The position numbers were made by a program, and so were the translations under genes. A DNA stretch of 64,000 nt from Candidatus Hodarchaeota archaeon (GTDB taxonomy: Archaea > Asgardarchaeota > Odinarchaeia > Odinarchaeales > JBHLKK01), in assembly GCA_048886745.1 (NCBI GenBank), contig JBHLKK010000002.1, positions 9,378 through 73,377 on the forward strand, read 5' to 3'. The notes beneath the pieces are model-generated. The model saw nothing but the letters and a program-made list of their open reading frames with translations. It had not been told where the DNA came from and did not search any database. Shown in pieces: positions 10,243-19,215 of this stretch. Each line of letters starts with the position of its first letter. Position 1 is the stretch's first letter.

Positions 10243-11972
10243 CTGTAGAAACTGAAATTAGTGAGGAAGTATTGTTTAAGCAATTCCCTGAAGAAGGTGA
10301 GATAGTACAATCGCTGCGTGAAGCGCTTGGTGATAAGTTTATTGACAGCAAGATTGTTAGAAAACGCAGAGTATATATTACAGTCGCAGAGGGAGCTCAT
10401 CGCGAGGCAGCTAGCAAGCTTAAGGCAATGGGTATATGGTATACTCCTACCATTGTTGGGTTGGATCAAAAAGAGAGATTCGAGATTCTCTTCCAGTTCT
10501 TCGATAAGAAGAGAAACCTACACATCACAATCAGAGCCCCGGTCGCGAAAGACGAACCAGAGCTGGAAACAATAACGGATCTCTTTCCAGGAACCGCACT
10601 CTATGAACGAGAAATACACGACATGTTTGGCATTGTTTTTAAAAACCATCCTAATTTGACAAAGTTCTTATTGGCTGATATTTGGCCTCCAGACGAATAT
10701 CCTCTGAGGAAAGACTGGCAGCCTACAGGCAAAAAGGTCAAGTCTCGAAGAAAGACATCCTTGGTTGCAGAAGGAGAATACCTAATTCAAGTTGGCCCTC
10801 AGATTCCGACATTGAAAGAACCTATGAACTTCGAGGTTATTGCAGACGGAGAAATTGTAGTTAATATAATTCCTCATCTAGAGTACAATCATCGTGGCAT
10901 AGAAAAAGCCATGGAGCAAAGAACCTTCACGCAAGGGATCTACCTAAGTGAACGGGTTTGCGGAATTTGCAGCCAGCCTCATGCATTCACCTACTGCAGT
11001 GCAGTTGAAAGACTATTGGACATTGACGTTCCAAGGCGGGGACAATACCTCAGGACAATGGTTTATGAAATGAATAGAATTCACAGCCACCTTTTGTGGA
11101 TTGGCGTTGCAGGTCACCTGATCGGTTGGGATACTCTATTTATGTATACATGGCGAGACCGTGAGGTTATTCTAGATCTTACAGAACTTGTAACCGGGGG
11201 ACGGTTAACAGGTGCAATAAACACCATTGGTGGAGCTAGAAGGGACATAAATAGTGATCAAATACATAAACTTCGTAAAGGACTAGATGTACTGGAAGAG
11301 CGAACCAAAGCATACAAGAAGATCGCGCTTAAAGAAGACACTCTGATAAAGAGGTGTCTGGGCGTAGGCATTATGAAACCAGAACTAGCCAGGGATTATG
11401 CTGCGGTTGGACCGACCATTAGAGGATCTGGAATAAGTGCTGATCTACGCTGGGATGATCCAGAACATGGATGCTATGATGAGATTACAGATGTTTTTGA
11501 TCCTATAACATCCGATTTATGCGATGTCGCTGGAAGATTGATTGTTCGTGCAGATGAGACACTCGAATCAGTTAACATGATTCGTTGGATCCTTGACCAT
11601 TTGCCAAGCGGACCGGTGCGAAAGAGAGTACCTAGGAGGATTCCGAGGGCTGAATCTGTGGGAAGGACTGAAGCTCCTCGCGGAGAAGTATATTATTATA
11701 TGATGTCTAATAACACAGACAAGCCAGAACGGGTAAAAATCAAGACGCCAACGCTTGCAAATATTCCTGCGTTCATCGAATCCACAAAGGGACTATACAT
11801 CGCAGACTTCGTGATCAACTTTGGCAGTATTGATCCCTGCATTGCGTGTACGTGTAGGACAACAATTACCGATATAAGCCACCCAAACAAGCCAAAACAT
11901 AGCGTTATGTCACATGAAGAATTAAGGCAGTATGGGATTAAATGGTACAAAGAAAGGAAATGGAGGAAGTAA
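10239..11972 (+). CDS. Group 4 [NiFe]-hydrogenase large subunit, fused NuoC-NuoD-like, second paralog
   Basis: RVCGICSQPHAFTYC near the N-terminal part of the D domain and DPCIACTCR at the C-terminus. Both Ni-ligand CxxC pairs are retained. 4-bp overlap with the upstream gene. Confidence 0.85.
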   Translation: MTVETEISEEVLFKQFPEEGEIVQSLREALGDKFIDSKIVRKRRVYITVAEGAHREAASKLKAMGIWYTPTIVGLDQKERFEILFQFFDKKRNLHITIRAPVAKDEPELETITDLFPGTALYEREIHDMFGIVFKNHPNLTKFLLADIWPPDEYPLRKDWQPTGKKVKSRRKTSLVAEGEYLIQVGPQIPTLKEPMNFEVIADGEIVVNIIPHLEYNHRGIEKAMEQRTFTQGIYLSERVCGICSQPHAFTYCSAVERLLDIDVPRRGQYLRTMVYEMNRIHSHLLWIGVAGHLIGWDTLFMYTWRDREVILDLTELVTGGRLTGAINTIGGARRDINSDQIHKLRKGLDVLEERTKAYKKIALKEDTLIKRCLGVGIMKPELARDYAAVGPTIRGSGISADLRWDDPEHGCYDEITDVFDPITSDLCDVAGRLIVRADETLESVNMIRWILDHLPSGPVRKRVPRRIPRAESVGRTEAPRGEVYYYMMSNNTDKPERVKIKTPTLANIPAFIESTKGLYIADFVINFGSIDPCIACTCRTTITDISHPNKPKHSVMSHEELRQYGIKWYKERKWRK

Positions 11973-11975
11973 GAT

Positions 11976-13022
11976 ATGGTGTTGGAAGCAATTCTCGATA
12001 TACTTCAAATCATACTTTTCCCAGGAATATTCTTCTGTCTGACTTTAGCACTTTTCTATTCATGGATAGACAGAAAATACCATGCCGATCTTCAGAACAG
12101 AATGGGACCGACTTATACAGGGTGGCGAGGGATCCTTCAGCCTTTTGCAGATTTCATAAAACTCTTAGCCAAAGAAGATATCACCCCGGCAGCAGCCGAT
12201 AGGAGGAGTTTCGCCGCTGTACCAATCATAATGCTGGCAGTTCCTCTGACTGCTCTTCTGCTTATACCGATCAGCAGCGTGTCTGGAATAATCACTTTTC
12301 CTGGTGATATCGTGTTTCTGATGTTCTTATCCACAATAATTGCGATTCTTATCTTTCTTGCTGGATGGTTTTCAACAAATGTATTCAGCGACATTGGAGC
12401 CACAAGAGCTGTCCTGCAACTCATTGGATATGAGATACCTTTTATGATTGCAGTGTTCTCTCCGGCTATTCTGGCCGGTTCACTTACGCTTGCACAGGTT
12501 GTTCAGTATCAAGCCGCCAACGGTATGATGCTTTTCCAATTCCCAGCCTTATTTCGAAGCATTCCGATGTGGATTGCCTTTGGCATTTACATGATAGCTT
12601 TGATGGCTGAACTTGAAAAGATCCCGTTAGACATTCCGGAAGCTGAAACTGAAATCGTTGCTGGATGGCAAACTGAATACTCAGGTAAGAAGTTTGCATT
12701 TCTGGTTCTATCAAATGATCTTCACATGCTTTTCGGTGCAGGCTTAGCTGTAACGCTATTCCTGGGTGGACCCTTTGGAATCGAGAAGTTGCCAGGACTA
12801 GCCTGGCTGGATGCCTTTATTTCGACAACACCGGTGGTTAGAGAAATCTGGTATACAACTTGGTTTATATTAAAGACTGCAATAATTGTGCTGATAATTT
12901 CAAACATCAGAACTCTGTTTGCACGATATAGAGTTGATCAGATGGTTCGTGGCTCGTGGAAATATCTGGCACCGATTGCCTTGGTTCAAGTGATGTTAAT
13001 TCAACTAGTAAGTCTGATCTAA
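11976..13022 (+). CDS. NuoH-like membrane subunit, second paralog
   Basis: RMGPTYTGWRGILQPFADFIKLLAKED is the NuoH motif. Polytopic. Confidence 0.8.
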   Translation: MVLEAILDILQIILFPGIFFCLTLALFYSWIDRKYHADLQNRMGPTYTGWRGILQPFADFIKLLAKEDITPAAADRRSFAAVPIIMLAVPLTALLLIPISSVSGIITFPGDIVFLMFLSTIIAILIFLAGWFSTNVFSDIGATRAVLQLIGYEIPFMIAVFSPAILAGSLTLAQVVQYQAANGMMLFQFPALFRSIPMWIAFGIYMIALMAELEKIPLDIPEAETEIVAGWQTEYSGKKFAFLVLSNDLHMLFGAGLAVTLFLGGPFGIEKLPGLAWLDAFISTTPVVREIWYTTWFILKTAIIVLIISNIRTLFARYRVDQMVRGSWKYLAPIALVQVMLIQLVSLI

Positions 13023-13026
13023 GAAG

Positions 13027-13419
13027 GTGATGTTAATGCCTTTCCCTGGAGCTATGCAAGGTGAACTGTTAAAACATCTTACTAAGAAGAGGGCAACTGT
13101 GCTCTATCCATTTGAGAAGTTGGAGTTAGCCGAAGCGTATAGGGGTCGATGGTCTCATAATATGGCCAAATGTACTGGTTGCGGTCTCTGTGCGAAGGAC
13201 TGCCCGAGTGAGGCCATACAGCTAGTCCAAACCGATATAACTCCTGGTGGCAGGTATCCTGTTTGCTATTTGAGTCGATGTATGTTCTGTGCTCAATGTG
13301 AAGATACTTGTCCGACAGGCGCTATCCAACTCACAAGTGAATATGAGCTTGCTGATTATCAGAAAAGGATTATCGATAGTGCCGAACCTGAAGGATTTAG
13401 ATACGAAAAAGGTAAATAA
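13027..13419 (+). CDS. NuoI-like 2x[4Fe-4S] ferredoxin subunit, second paralog
   Basis: CTGCGLCAKDCP and CMFCAQCEDTCP. Confidence 0.75.
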   Translation: MMLMPFPGAMQGELLKHLTKKRATVLYPFEKLELAEAYRGRWSHNMAKCTGCGLCAKDCPSEAIQLVQTDITPGGRYPVCYLSRCMFCAQCEDTCPTGAIQLTSEYELADYQKRIIDSAEPEGFRYEKGK

Positions 13420-13560
13420 ATTAATCACTTCTTTATTTATTTTAACATTTTACTTGCGTTTATCCATATCTTTTCAGTATTCTTTCTGTTAAGTAAATAA
13501 AACAAGATTACTGATTCCTACCTATTCTTTTTTGTTTTCAGAAAGATTTAAAAGAAACAA

Positions 13561-13606
13561 GCATAAATACTAAGTGCAAATGGTTTAGTATATTAAATCG
13601 GAGGAT
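13561..13606 (+). promoter_or_regulatory. Candidate archaeal promoter (A/T-rich TATA-like cataaatact, then tttagtatattaaa) plus a GGAGGA RBS for the histone gene
   Basis: A 190-bp AT-rich intergenic stretch precedes it. GGAGGA lies at about 13600-13605, 7 nt before the ATG at 13613. The TATA assignment is tentative. Confidence 0.3.
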
Positions 13607-13612
13607 AAAAAA

Positions 13613-13834
13613 ATGGCTACAAAGTTAACGAATGCTCGTGTCGAGAGAATAATGAGGGAGACAGGGAAGAAGGAAGGGATTCCTCGTGTGTCTGCGGATG
13701 CAGTTGTTTCGATGAACGATGCTGCGACAAAGTTCATCCGTAGCGTCTGTGCAACTGCAGCCGGTTTAGCAAAGAAGGACCGACGGAAAACCGTCCTGCC
13801 ACGAGACATTGATCAAGCTGTAAAACAAGCATAA
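13613..13834 (+). CDS. Archaeal histone-fold protein
   Basis: 73 aa. RVERIMRE...ISVDAVV..NDAATKFIRSVCATAAGLAKKDRRKTVLPRDIDQAVK has the three-helix histone-fold layout (HMf/CBF-NFY type) with the conserved RKT..DI loop. An oligo-T tract follows the stop. Confidence 0.7.
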   Translation: MATKLTNARVERIMRETGKKEGIPRVSADAVVSMNDAATKFIRSVCATAAGLAKKDRRKTVLPRDIDQAVKQA

Positions 13835-14073
13835 AACTCCCTTCTACTCCTTTTTTAGGATATCATCTTTTTGGATCTCACGTAGCTGGCCACAGGCCGG
13901 CATGGAAAATAGCTATTGCGATTTTCACGAAAAATAACATATTTTTCGTCTTTTTTGAAGATTTCTTTTTATGAAAATCACAATCATGTTTAAACTTATG
14001 TGCGGAATCCTTAAATGTTATTTTACCCAATAATCTATCAGGAGCGCAAAAGAATGCCGCGGGAGACTGTGAA

Positions 14074-14634
14074 ATGCTACTGAACAATGCGTTGTTTAAG
14101 GTAATAGTCACTGGAGAGGGTGGTGTTGGAAAGACCTGCCTTGTTCAACGCTATACTAGGGGCACTTTTTATCACACAAGAACAACCATTGGAGTAGGAT
14201 TTGCCACAGCTGACGTTCATCTCAATGGAAGGGATATAAAACTCCAGATTTGGGACTTTGGTGGCGAAGAACGTTTTAGAAGACTTCTTCCCTCTTTCTG
14301 CAAAGGAGCAAGCGGCGCATTAGTCCTATTTGACTTGACTAGATTTCCCACTTTTCTTCATCTCAACGAATGGTTGGATCTCATAAGAGATAACACCAGC
14401 AATATCCCGCTGGTTCTGGCGGGATCAAAGGCCGATCTTGCCAATATGAGAGTTGTTGACAGGGAACAGATCGCAGAACTAACGAGGAAATACAATATCG
14501 AGCACTATTACGAAGTCTCCGCGAAAGATGGAATGAACATAGAGGTGGTTTTTACTCAAATTGCTGAACTAATAGTTAACTCAATTGAAACTACCAGCAT
14601 GAATGATGAACACGGCATAATGAGAATACAATAG
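14074..14634 (+). CDS. Rab/Ras-like small GTPase (divergent)
   Basis: G1 GEGGVGKT, switch-II WDFGGEERF, G4 AGSKAD, G5 EVSAKDG. Size and motif spacing are Rab-like. Confidence 0.8.
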   Translation: MLLNNALFKVIVTGEGGVGKTCLVQRYTRGTFYHTRTTIGVGFATADVHLNGRDIKLQIWDFGGEERFRRLLPSFCKGASGALVLFDLTRFPTFLHLNEWLDLIRDNTSNIPLVLAGSKADLANMRVVDREQIAELTRKYNIEHYYEVSAKDGMNIEVVFTQIAELIVNSIETTSMNDEHGIMRIQ

Positions 14635-14647
14635 GAGGTTTAATCTG

Positions 14648-15631
14648 TTGAGTGTTACTGATCAAAACTTCTTGGAGACCAAGCAGCCCGTTACATGCGA
14701 AATGTGTGGTGAGAAGTTTAACATAAAAATTGAGAGAGAATATCTTAATGATGTCAAGCGTTTTCCGTTCTCTTACACATTTGTACACGGAGCACCACCA
14801 CATGCGGTTGTTGTATATCTTGATAAGGATCTGAACGTTAGGGGAACAGAAACATCTGATCTAACAAGTATAAAGAGCGGTGAACTGCACACTCCTGCTG
14901 TAGATGTTACGCCTGATACTCGTCCTGTCCTTTCAGCAAGGGATATCGGAAAGCTGGAAATGGACGGAGATACAGTTTTTATACTTAGGGAGATCGACGG
15001 TGTGGCAACTGTTAAGGAAATCGCTGAGAAAACTAAAATGGATTTAGAAAAGGTCTGTCAAAAAGTCCAATATTTGGTTGACTGCGGTGTTCTAATGCCG
15101 CTACTGCCTGTTGATCTCTGTGACGTGGACTATCATCGTATTTATGAACTCGTACCCCCCTATAATCCAAACAATGTAACAATGACCGCGGGTGCCCAAA
15201 GAAGTTCTGCAACCTGCACAATTCTCAGCAATCTTGATAAGGACTACACTGTTCTGGAGATTGCTCGAGGCCTCGAAAAAGCCGGCTTTGATAAATCTCC
15301 TAGAGAAGTCCTTGATACTTTGGAATACTTCAGGGCCAGGGATGTAGTTCGAGTAAAAGGCTTGACTAAGACTGATATACCTGAAGAGTGGAATGATCCA
15401 AAATTCAATCAAGTACCAAGATTCGCAGATGGCATAGAAGAAGAAAGCATACTTAAGAAGGTACCAATTCCTGATAAAACACACTACTTCATTATCAAGA
15501 ACATTGGAAAAAGGAGTATACTAGATACCACATTAGGTTTAATTGGGCTAGGCATAGAGACAAATCCCAGAAAAGTACTAGAGATTATAAGGAAGTATCA
15601 AAAACAAGGCTTGGTATATGCTACATTTTAG
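14648..15631 (+). CDS. Hypothetical protein: N-terminal zinc-ribbon/'HGxPPH' module followed by about three winged-helix-like repeats
   Basis: CEMCGEKF...FVHGAPPHAVVVYLDKDLNVRG N-terminal module. Then repeated segments (e.g. REIDGVATVKEIAEKTKMDLEKVCQKVQYLVDCGVL and LEIARGLEKAGFDKSPREVLDTLEYFRARDVVRV) with an H-T-H-wing character. Immediately downstream of the Rab-like GTPase. Confidence 0.5.
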   Translation: MSVTDQNFLETKQPVTCEMCGEKFNIKIEREYLNDVKRFPFSYTFVHGAPPHAVVVYLDKDLNVRGTETSDLTSIKSGELHTPAVDVTPDTRPVLSARDIGKLEMDGDTVFILREIDGVATVKEIAEKTKMDLEKVCQKVQYLVDCGVLMPLLPVDLCDVDYHRIYELVPPYNPNNVTMTAGAQRSSATCTILSNLDKDYTVLEIARGLEKAGFDKSPREVLDTLEYFRARDVVRVKGLTKTDIPEEWNDPKFNQVPRFADGIEEESILKKVPIPDKTHYFIIKNIGKRSILDTTLGLIGLGIETNPRKVLEIIRKYQKQGLVYATF

Positions 15632-15749
15632 GCATACACCTTCTCTCTCCTTTTTCGGCTTTCTTTGTTCAATAATGCTTAATAGCAAATGGTACCATAA
15701 TCTAATCTGTCAATATTAATCATTACGCCATATAGAGGAGGTAGAAATA

Positions 15750-16022
15750 GTGACAAAGCCTGAAACCATAAGATCCAGGTGTAAGTTATGTGATAGCATC
15801 ATTGATATTCCTGTGCCTGAAGATTTCGATGCTAGTGAAGGCGGCGTCGCTCCGATAGTCTATGTACACGGCAATCCTCCTCACACAATAATCGTATATG
15901 TGGATGTCAATCTATCGGTCAGAAGCAATTTCGTTGTTAGAACCACTGATCCCAAAAAAGCATTAAGCGAGCTGCGAAAGAATACACTCAAAAGAATGAT
16001 GAAACGTGTTAAATCGCTCTGA
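15750..16022 (+). CDS. Small protein: stand-alone copy of the zinc-ribbon/'HGxPPH' module
   Basis: CKLCDSIIDIPV...YVHGNPPHTIIVYVDVNLSVRS aligns with the N-terminus of the 14648 product (C-x2-C, about 20 aa, HGxPPH-x3-VYxDxxLxVR). Confidence 0.45.
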   Translation: MTKPETIRSRCKLCDSIIDIPVPEDFDASEGGVAPIVYVHGNPPHTIIVYVDVNLSVRSNFVVRTTDPKKALSELRKNTLKRMMKRVKSL

Positions 16023-16076
16023 ATCTGCTGCTATCTATGTTAAGATGCTAGAAGAAGTGGAAAGGAAAAACTAGCG

Positions 16077-17042
16077 CTACTTCTCGCCACATCGCTCTAT
16101 CATTAGTTCCCAGTTCTTATCAATATGCCCTTGAATCTGATCGATAATATCGTTGCGTCTTTCCGGTCTGAATAGATGTCTGAACCTACCTTGAATCTTA
16201 AGAAACTCTTCAACGGGTTTCTTTTTTTCTGGCTTTCTGACTATGATCTTGCTTGGTGTAGATAGCCTGTAAACGATCTTTCCGTTTTCCAAAACTGCCT
16301 CCCAAAGCGGGAAGAAACAAGTTTCAACTGCTATTCTTGAAATCTTTATTGATATGGCTGGATCATGCCTCCACCCTCTCTGACATGAAGCAAAGAAGTG
16401 TAGGAATGCTGGACCTTGTGCATCATACGCCCTCTGGGCCTTTTGCATCAAGTCTCTCCAATAGGCTGGTGATGCAGTTGCTACATAAGGTATTTCATGT
16501 TCCACTGCAATCCTTGCAATGGGTTTTTTCCATTCAACCTTTCCAGGGATGACTTTCCCTGCAGGGCTTGTTGTCGTCCAAGCGTATCGAGACGTACCGC
16601 CGCTTCTCTGGATACCAGTATTCATGTATGCTTCATTATCAAGCAATACATACACAAAATCATGTCCTCGTTCTAGAGCTCCAGAAAGGGCTTGAATTCC
16701 GATATCTATTGTGCCGCCATCTCCAGCCAGTGCAATAACATTGATATGTCTTTTCAATTTACCACGTCTTCTAAAGCTTTTGAGAGCAGCCTCAATACCA
16801 CTCGCTGTAGCAGCTGCATTTTCAAATGCATTATGAATCCATGGTATTTTCCAAGAAGTATATGGATAGATGCTGGTTGAGACTTCGAGACAGCCTGTAG
16901 CGCTGACAGCTATAATAGGATCCTTGCTTGCTTTCAATAGAAGTCTTGTTGCGGTTCCTTCTCCACATCCAGGACACAATCTGTGACCTCCAGAAAGCAA
17001 TTCCTCTGGAGATTTTGCCAGTTCCTTGGCATTCAACGACAT
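16077..17042 (-). CDS. porB: Pyruvate/2-oxoacid:ferredoxin oxidoreductase beta subunit
   Basis: LCPGCGEG N-terminus. TPP-binding GDGGTIDIGIQALSGALERGHDFVYVLLDNEAYMNTGIQ. Confidence 0.85.
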   Translation of the reverse strand: MSLNAKELAKSPEELLSGGHRLCPGCGEGTATRLLLKASKDPIIAVSATGCLEVSTSIYPYTSWKIPWIHNAFENAAATASGIEAALKSFRRRGKLKRHINVIALAGDGGTIDIGIQALSGALERGHDFVYVLLDNEAYMNTGIQRSGGTSRYAWTTTSPAGKVIPGKVEWKKPIARIAVEHEIPYVATASPAYWRDLMQKAQRAYDAQGPAFLHFFASCQRGWRHDPAISIKISRIAVETCFFPLWEAVLENGKIVYRLSTPSKIIVRKPEKKKPVEEFLKIQGRFRHLFRPERRNDIIDQIQGHIDKNWELMIERCGEK

Positions 17043-17046
17043 CTTA

Positions 17047-18270
17047 CTATCTCACCCCCAGATATTGAATTCTTTCTTTAACCTTGCCAGTCTTGGCAAT
17101 TCTCAGTCCATCCTTAAACGCTTTTCTGATGAGTTCTTGGGGCACGTCACGACCACCCAGGCCATAAATATAATTTACTACAATTGGCTTTTCTTCTTTT
17201 TCGTAAAAGATCGCTCTCAACTCGTTAAATACCGGACCTCCGTATCCTCCTGGAACCGAGCTTCTATCCAGAACTGCGACAACCTTGATGCCCTCCAGTG
17301 CTTCTGACAATTTCTCGTATGGGAATGGTCTAAATACTCTAAGCTTCAGTGATCCGACTTTTGCTCCTTCATCTTGCATACTCTTTGCCACGTATCTAGT
17401 CGTACCTGCTGTCGAACCCAGACTCAAGATCGCCACATCGGCATCTTCCAGTCCTTGCTGTTCGATCATACCATAGGTTCGCCCTGAGATCTCGCCATAC
17501 TCCTTATCGATATCTTCGATGGCTTTCTCAACGTTGTTCATTGCCAAGATTTGCTGCATCTTAATTTCGAAATAATAGTCTGTCAATGCGAGATCGCCAA
17601 AACTCAGCGGATTGTCTGGATCTAGTACATATGGAACTTCCTTGCCCCCAGCATTTACCTTGGGAGTTACTTTCTCTCCTATGAAGTCTCTGACTGCTTC
17701 ATCTGGAAGCACGCTCACGTTTTCCAATGTGTGGCTTAGTACAAAACCGTCCAGCGTATCCATAATCGGTAATTGGACCTTAGGATGTTCAGCTATCCTC
17801 CATGCTTGGATTGTGGTATCATAGGCTTCTTGGCTGTTCTCACAGTAAATTTGTATCCAACCGCTATCTCGAGCCCCCATACTATCTGAATGGTCACAAT
17901 GAATATTGATGGGTGCTGAAAGCGCACGATTGACAACCGTCATAACTATTGGCAGACGTAATCCTGCAGCTATGTAGAGAATCTCCCACATTAATGCCAA
18001 ACCCTGACTAGCAGTTGCGGTGTATGCTCTTCCTCCTACAGCGGCCGCTCCCACGCATGCAGATAAAGCCGAATGTTCAGATTCAACAGCTACGAACTCA
18101 GTATTAACTTCTCCATCGGCAACATATTCTGAGAATCTCTCAACAATTATCGTCTGGGGTGTTATTGGATAAGCTGCCACGACATCTGGGTCGCATTGTT
18201 TTGCAGCAAAGGCTGCAGCCTCGTCGCCATTTAGAGCTAAAATCTTTTTCTTCACGGCCATATCGATCAC
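17047..18270 (-). CDS. porA: Pyruvate/2-oxoacid:ferredoxin oxidoreductase alpha subunit
   Basis: ILALNGDEAAAFAAKQCDPDVVAAYPITPQT N-terminus is typical of POR alpha. 407 aa. Confidence 0.85.
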   Translation of the reverse strand: MIDMAVKKKILALNGDEAAAFAAKQCDPDVVAAYPITPQTIIVERFSEYVADGEVNTEFVAVESEHSALSACVGAAAVGGRAYTATASQGLALMWEILYIAAGLRLPIVMTVVNRALSAPINIHCDHSDSMGARDSGWIQIYCENSQEAYDTTIQAWRIAEHPKVQLPIMDTLDGFVLSHTLENVSVLPDEAVRDFIGEKVTPKVNAGGKEVPYVLDPDNPLSFGDLALTDYYFEIKMQQILAMNNVEKAIEDIDKEYGEISGRTYGMIEQQGLEDADVAILSLGSTAGTTRYVAKSMQDEGAKVGSLKLRVFRPFPYEKLSEALEGIKVVAVLDRSSVPGGYGGPVFNELRAIFYEKEEKPIVVNYIYGLGGRDVPQELIRKAFKDGLRIAKTGKVKERIQYLGVR

Positions 18271-18554
18271 TCCTTAATCATGGTTATTGCTTCAACAGGA
18301 CATTCCTCTGCACAAACACCGCACCCTTTGCAGAAATCATAATCAAAAGAGATCTTTTCTCCATCCCACTTCACCGCTATATCTGGACAGTAAAGCCAAC
18401 ATAACATACAAGTCGTACATTTTTCATGATCTATTATTGGTTTGAATGTACGCCAATCACCTGTGTGATACTCTTCACTAGATTTCCAGGCAACTCCACC
18501 AATGGGTATTTCTTTCCAGCTCTTCTTCTCAGTCACTTGCTTTTGCCTCCTCAT
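18267..18554 (-). CDS. porD: POR delta subunit (2x[4Fe-4S] ferredoxin)
   Basis: CTTCMLCWLYCPD and CKGCGVCAEECP. 4-bp overlap with porA. Confidence 0.8.
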   Translation of the reverse strand: MRRQKQVTEKKSWKEIPIGGVAWKSSEEYHTGDWRTFKPIIDHEKCTTCMLCWLYCPDIAVKWDGEKISFDYDFCKGCGVCAEECPVEAITMIKE

Positions 18555-19104
18555 ATGCTCTCTTAATCAGTTCAACATTCATTTCGCCAACCTTTCCTCT
18601 AAATCTCTCTTTGGTTGCTTTCAGCACACTCTCCAGCTTTGTATACCCTGTTGCCTTTACTAGGGTACCAACCATGGCTGTACTGGTTATCTCCCGTCCA
18701 AGAATCTCTATAGAGAGATCAGTGGCCGGTATTGTCCAGACTCTTTGTGATTTGGCCATTTTGATTTTCTTCTTTAAGTCCGATGGAGAATCTCGCGAAT
18801 TTATCACTATTATGCCATTTTGAATCAATCCGTCAGAAACATCTACAGCATCAAGTAACGTGGGATCTAAGACTACAACGCTTTCCGGCTCATAAATGCC
18901 ACAATGCAAATCTATTGGACTATCCGAAATACGAACATATGCCTCCACGGGAGCACCGCTTCGCTCAGGTCCAAATGCTGGGAAGGACTGAGTATATCGC
19001 CTTTCATGGATCACTGCCTTTGCCAATATCTGTGTCGCGGTCCAAGCACCTTGACCACCTCTGCCATGAAATCTTATCTCTATAATCTTGTCCGCAGACA
19101 CCAC
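18529..19104 (-). CDS. porG: POR gamma subunit
   Basis: IRFHGRGGQGAWTATQILAKA is the signature of the gamma subunit. Operon order gamma-delta-alpha-beta. Confidence 0.8.
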   Translation of the reverse strand: MVSADKIIEIRFHGRGGQGAWTATQILAKAVIHERRYTQSFPAFGPERSGAPVEAYVRISDSPIDLHCGIYEPESVVVLDPTLLDAVDVSDGLIQNGIIVINSRDSPSDLKKKIKMAKSQRVWTIPATDLSIEILGREITSTAMVGTLVKATGYTKLESVLKATKERFRGKVGEMNVELIKRAYEEAKASD

Positions 19105-19215
19105 ATCGCCTCCAGATCATTAGATTAACCATACAACGTGAAATTAGAAGATAGATATAATAGTTATGCCCAAAAAAGGCATGAAAATTGCCAATTAGTT
19201 GTACCATCGGGGGTC

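Noticed and set aside
10318-10575. 85-aa plus-strand ORF in an alternative frame inside the second NuoCD gene
   Set aside because: Same strand but a different frame from a gene with conserved motifs along its full length. Arg/Ser-rich nonsense translation.
4678-11972. The NuoCD-like proteins being complex I (NuoD) or F420H2 dehydrogenase (FpoD) subunits rather than hydrogenases
   Set aside because: Both carry intact N-terminal RxCGxC and C-terminal DPCxxCxxR cysteine pairs. NuoD/FpoD have lost these, so hydrogenase is the better call.
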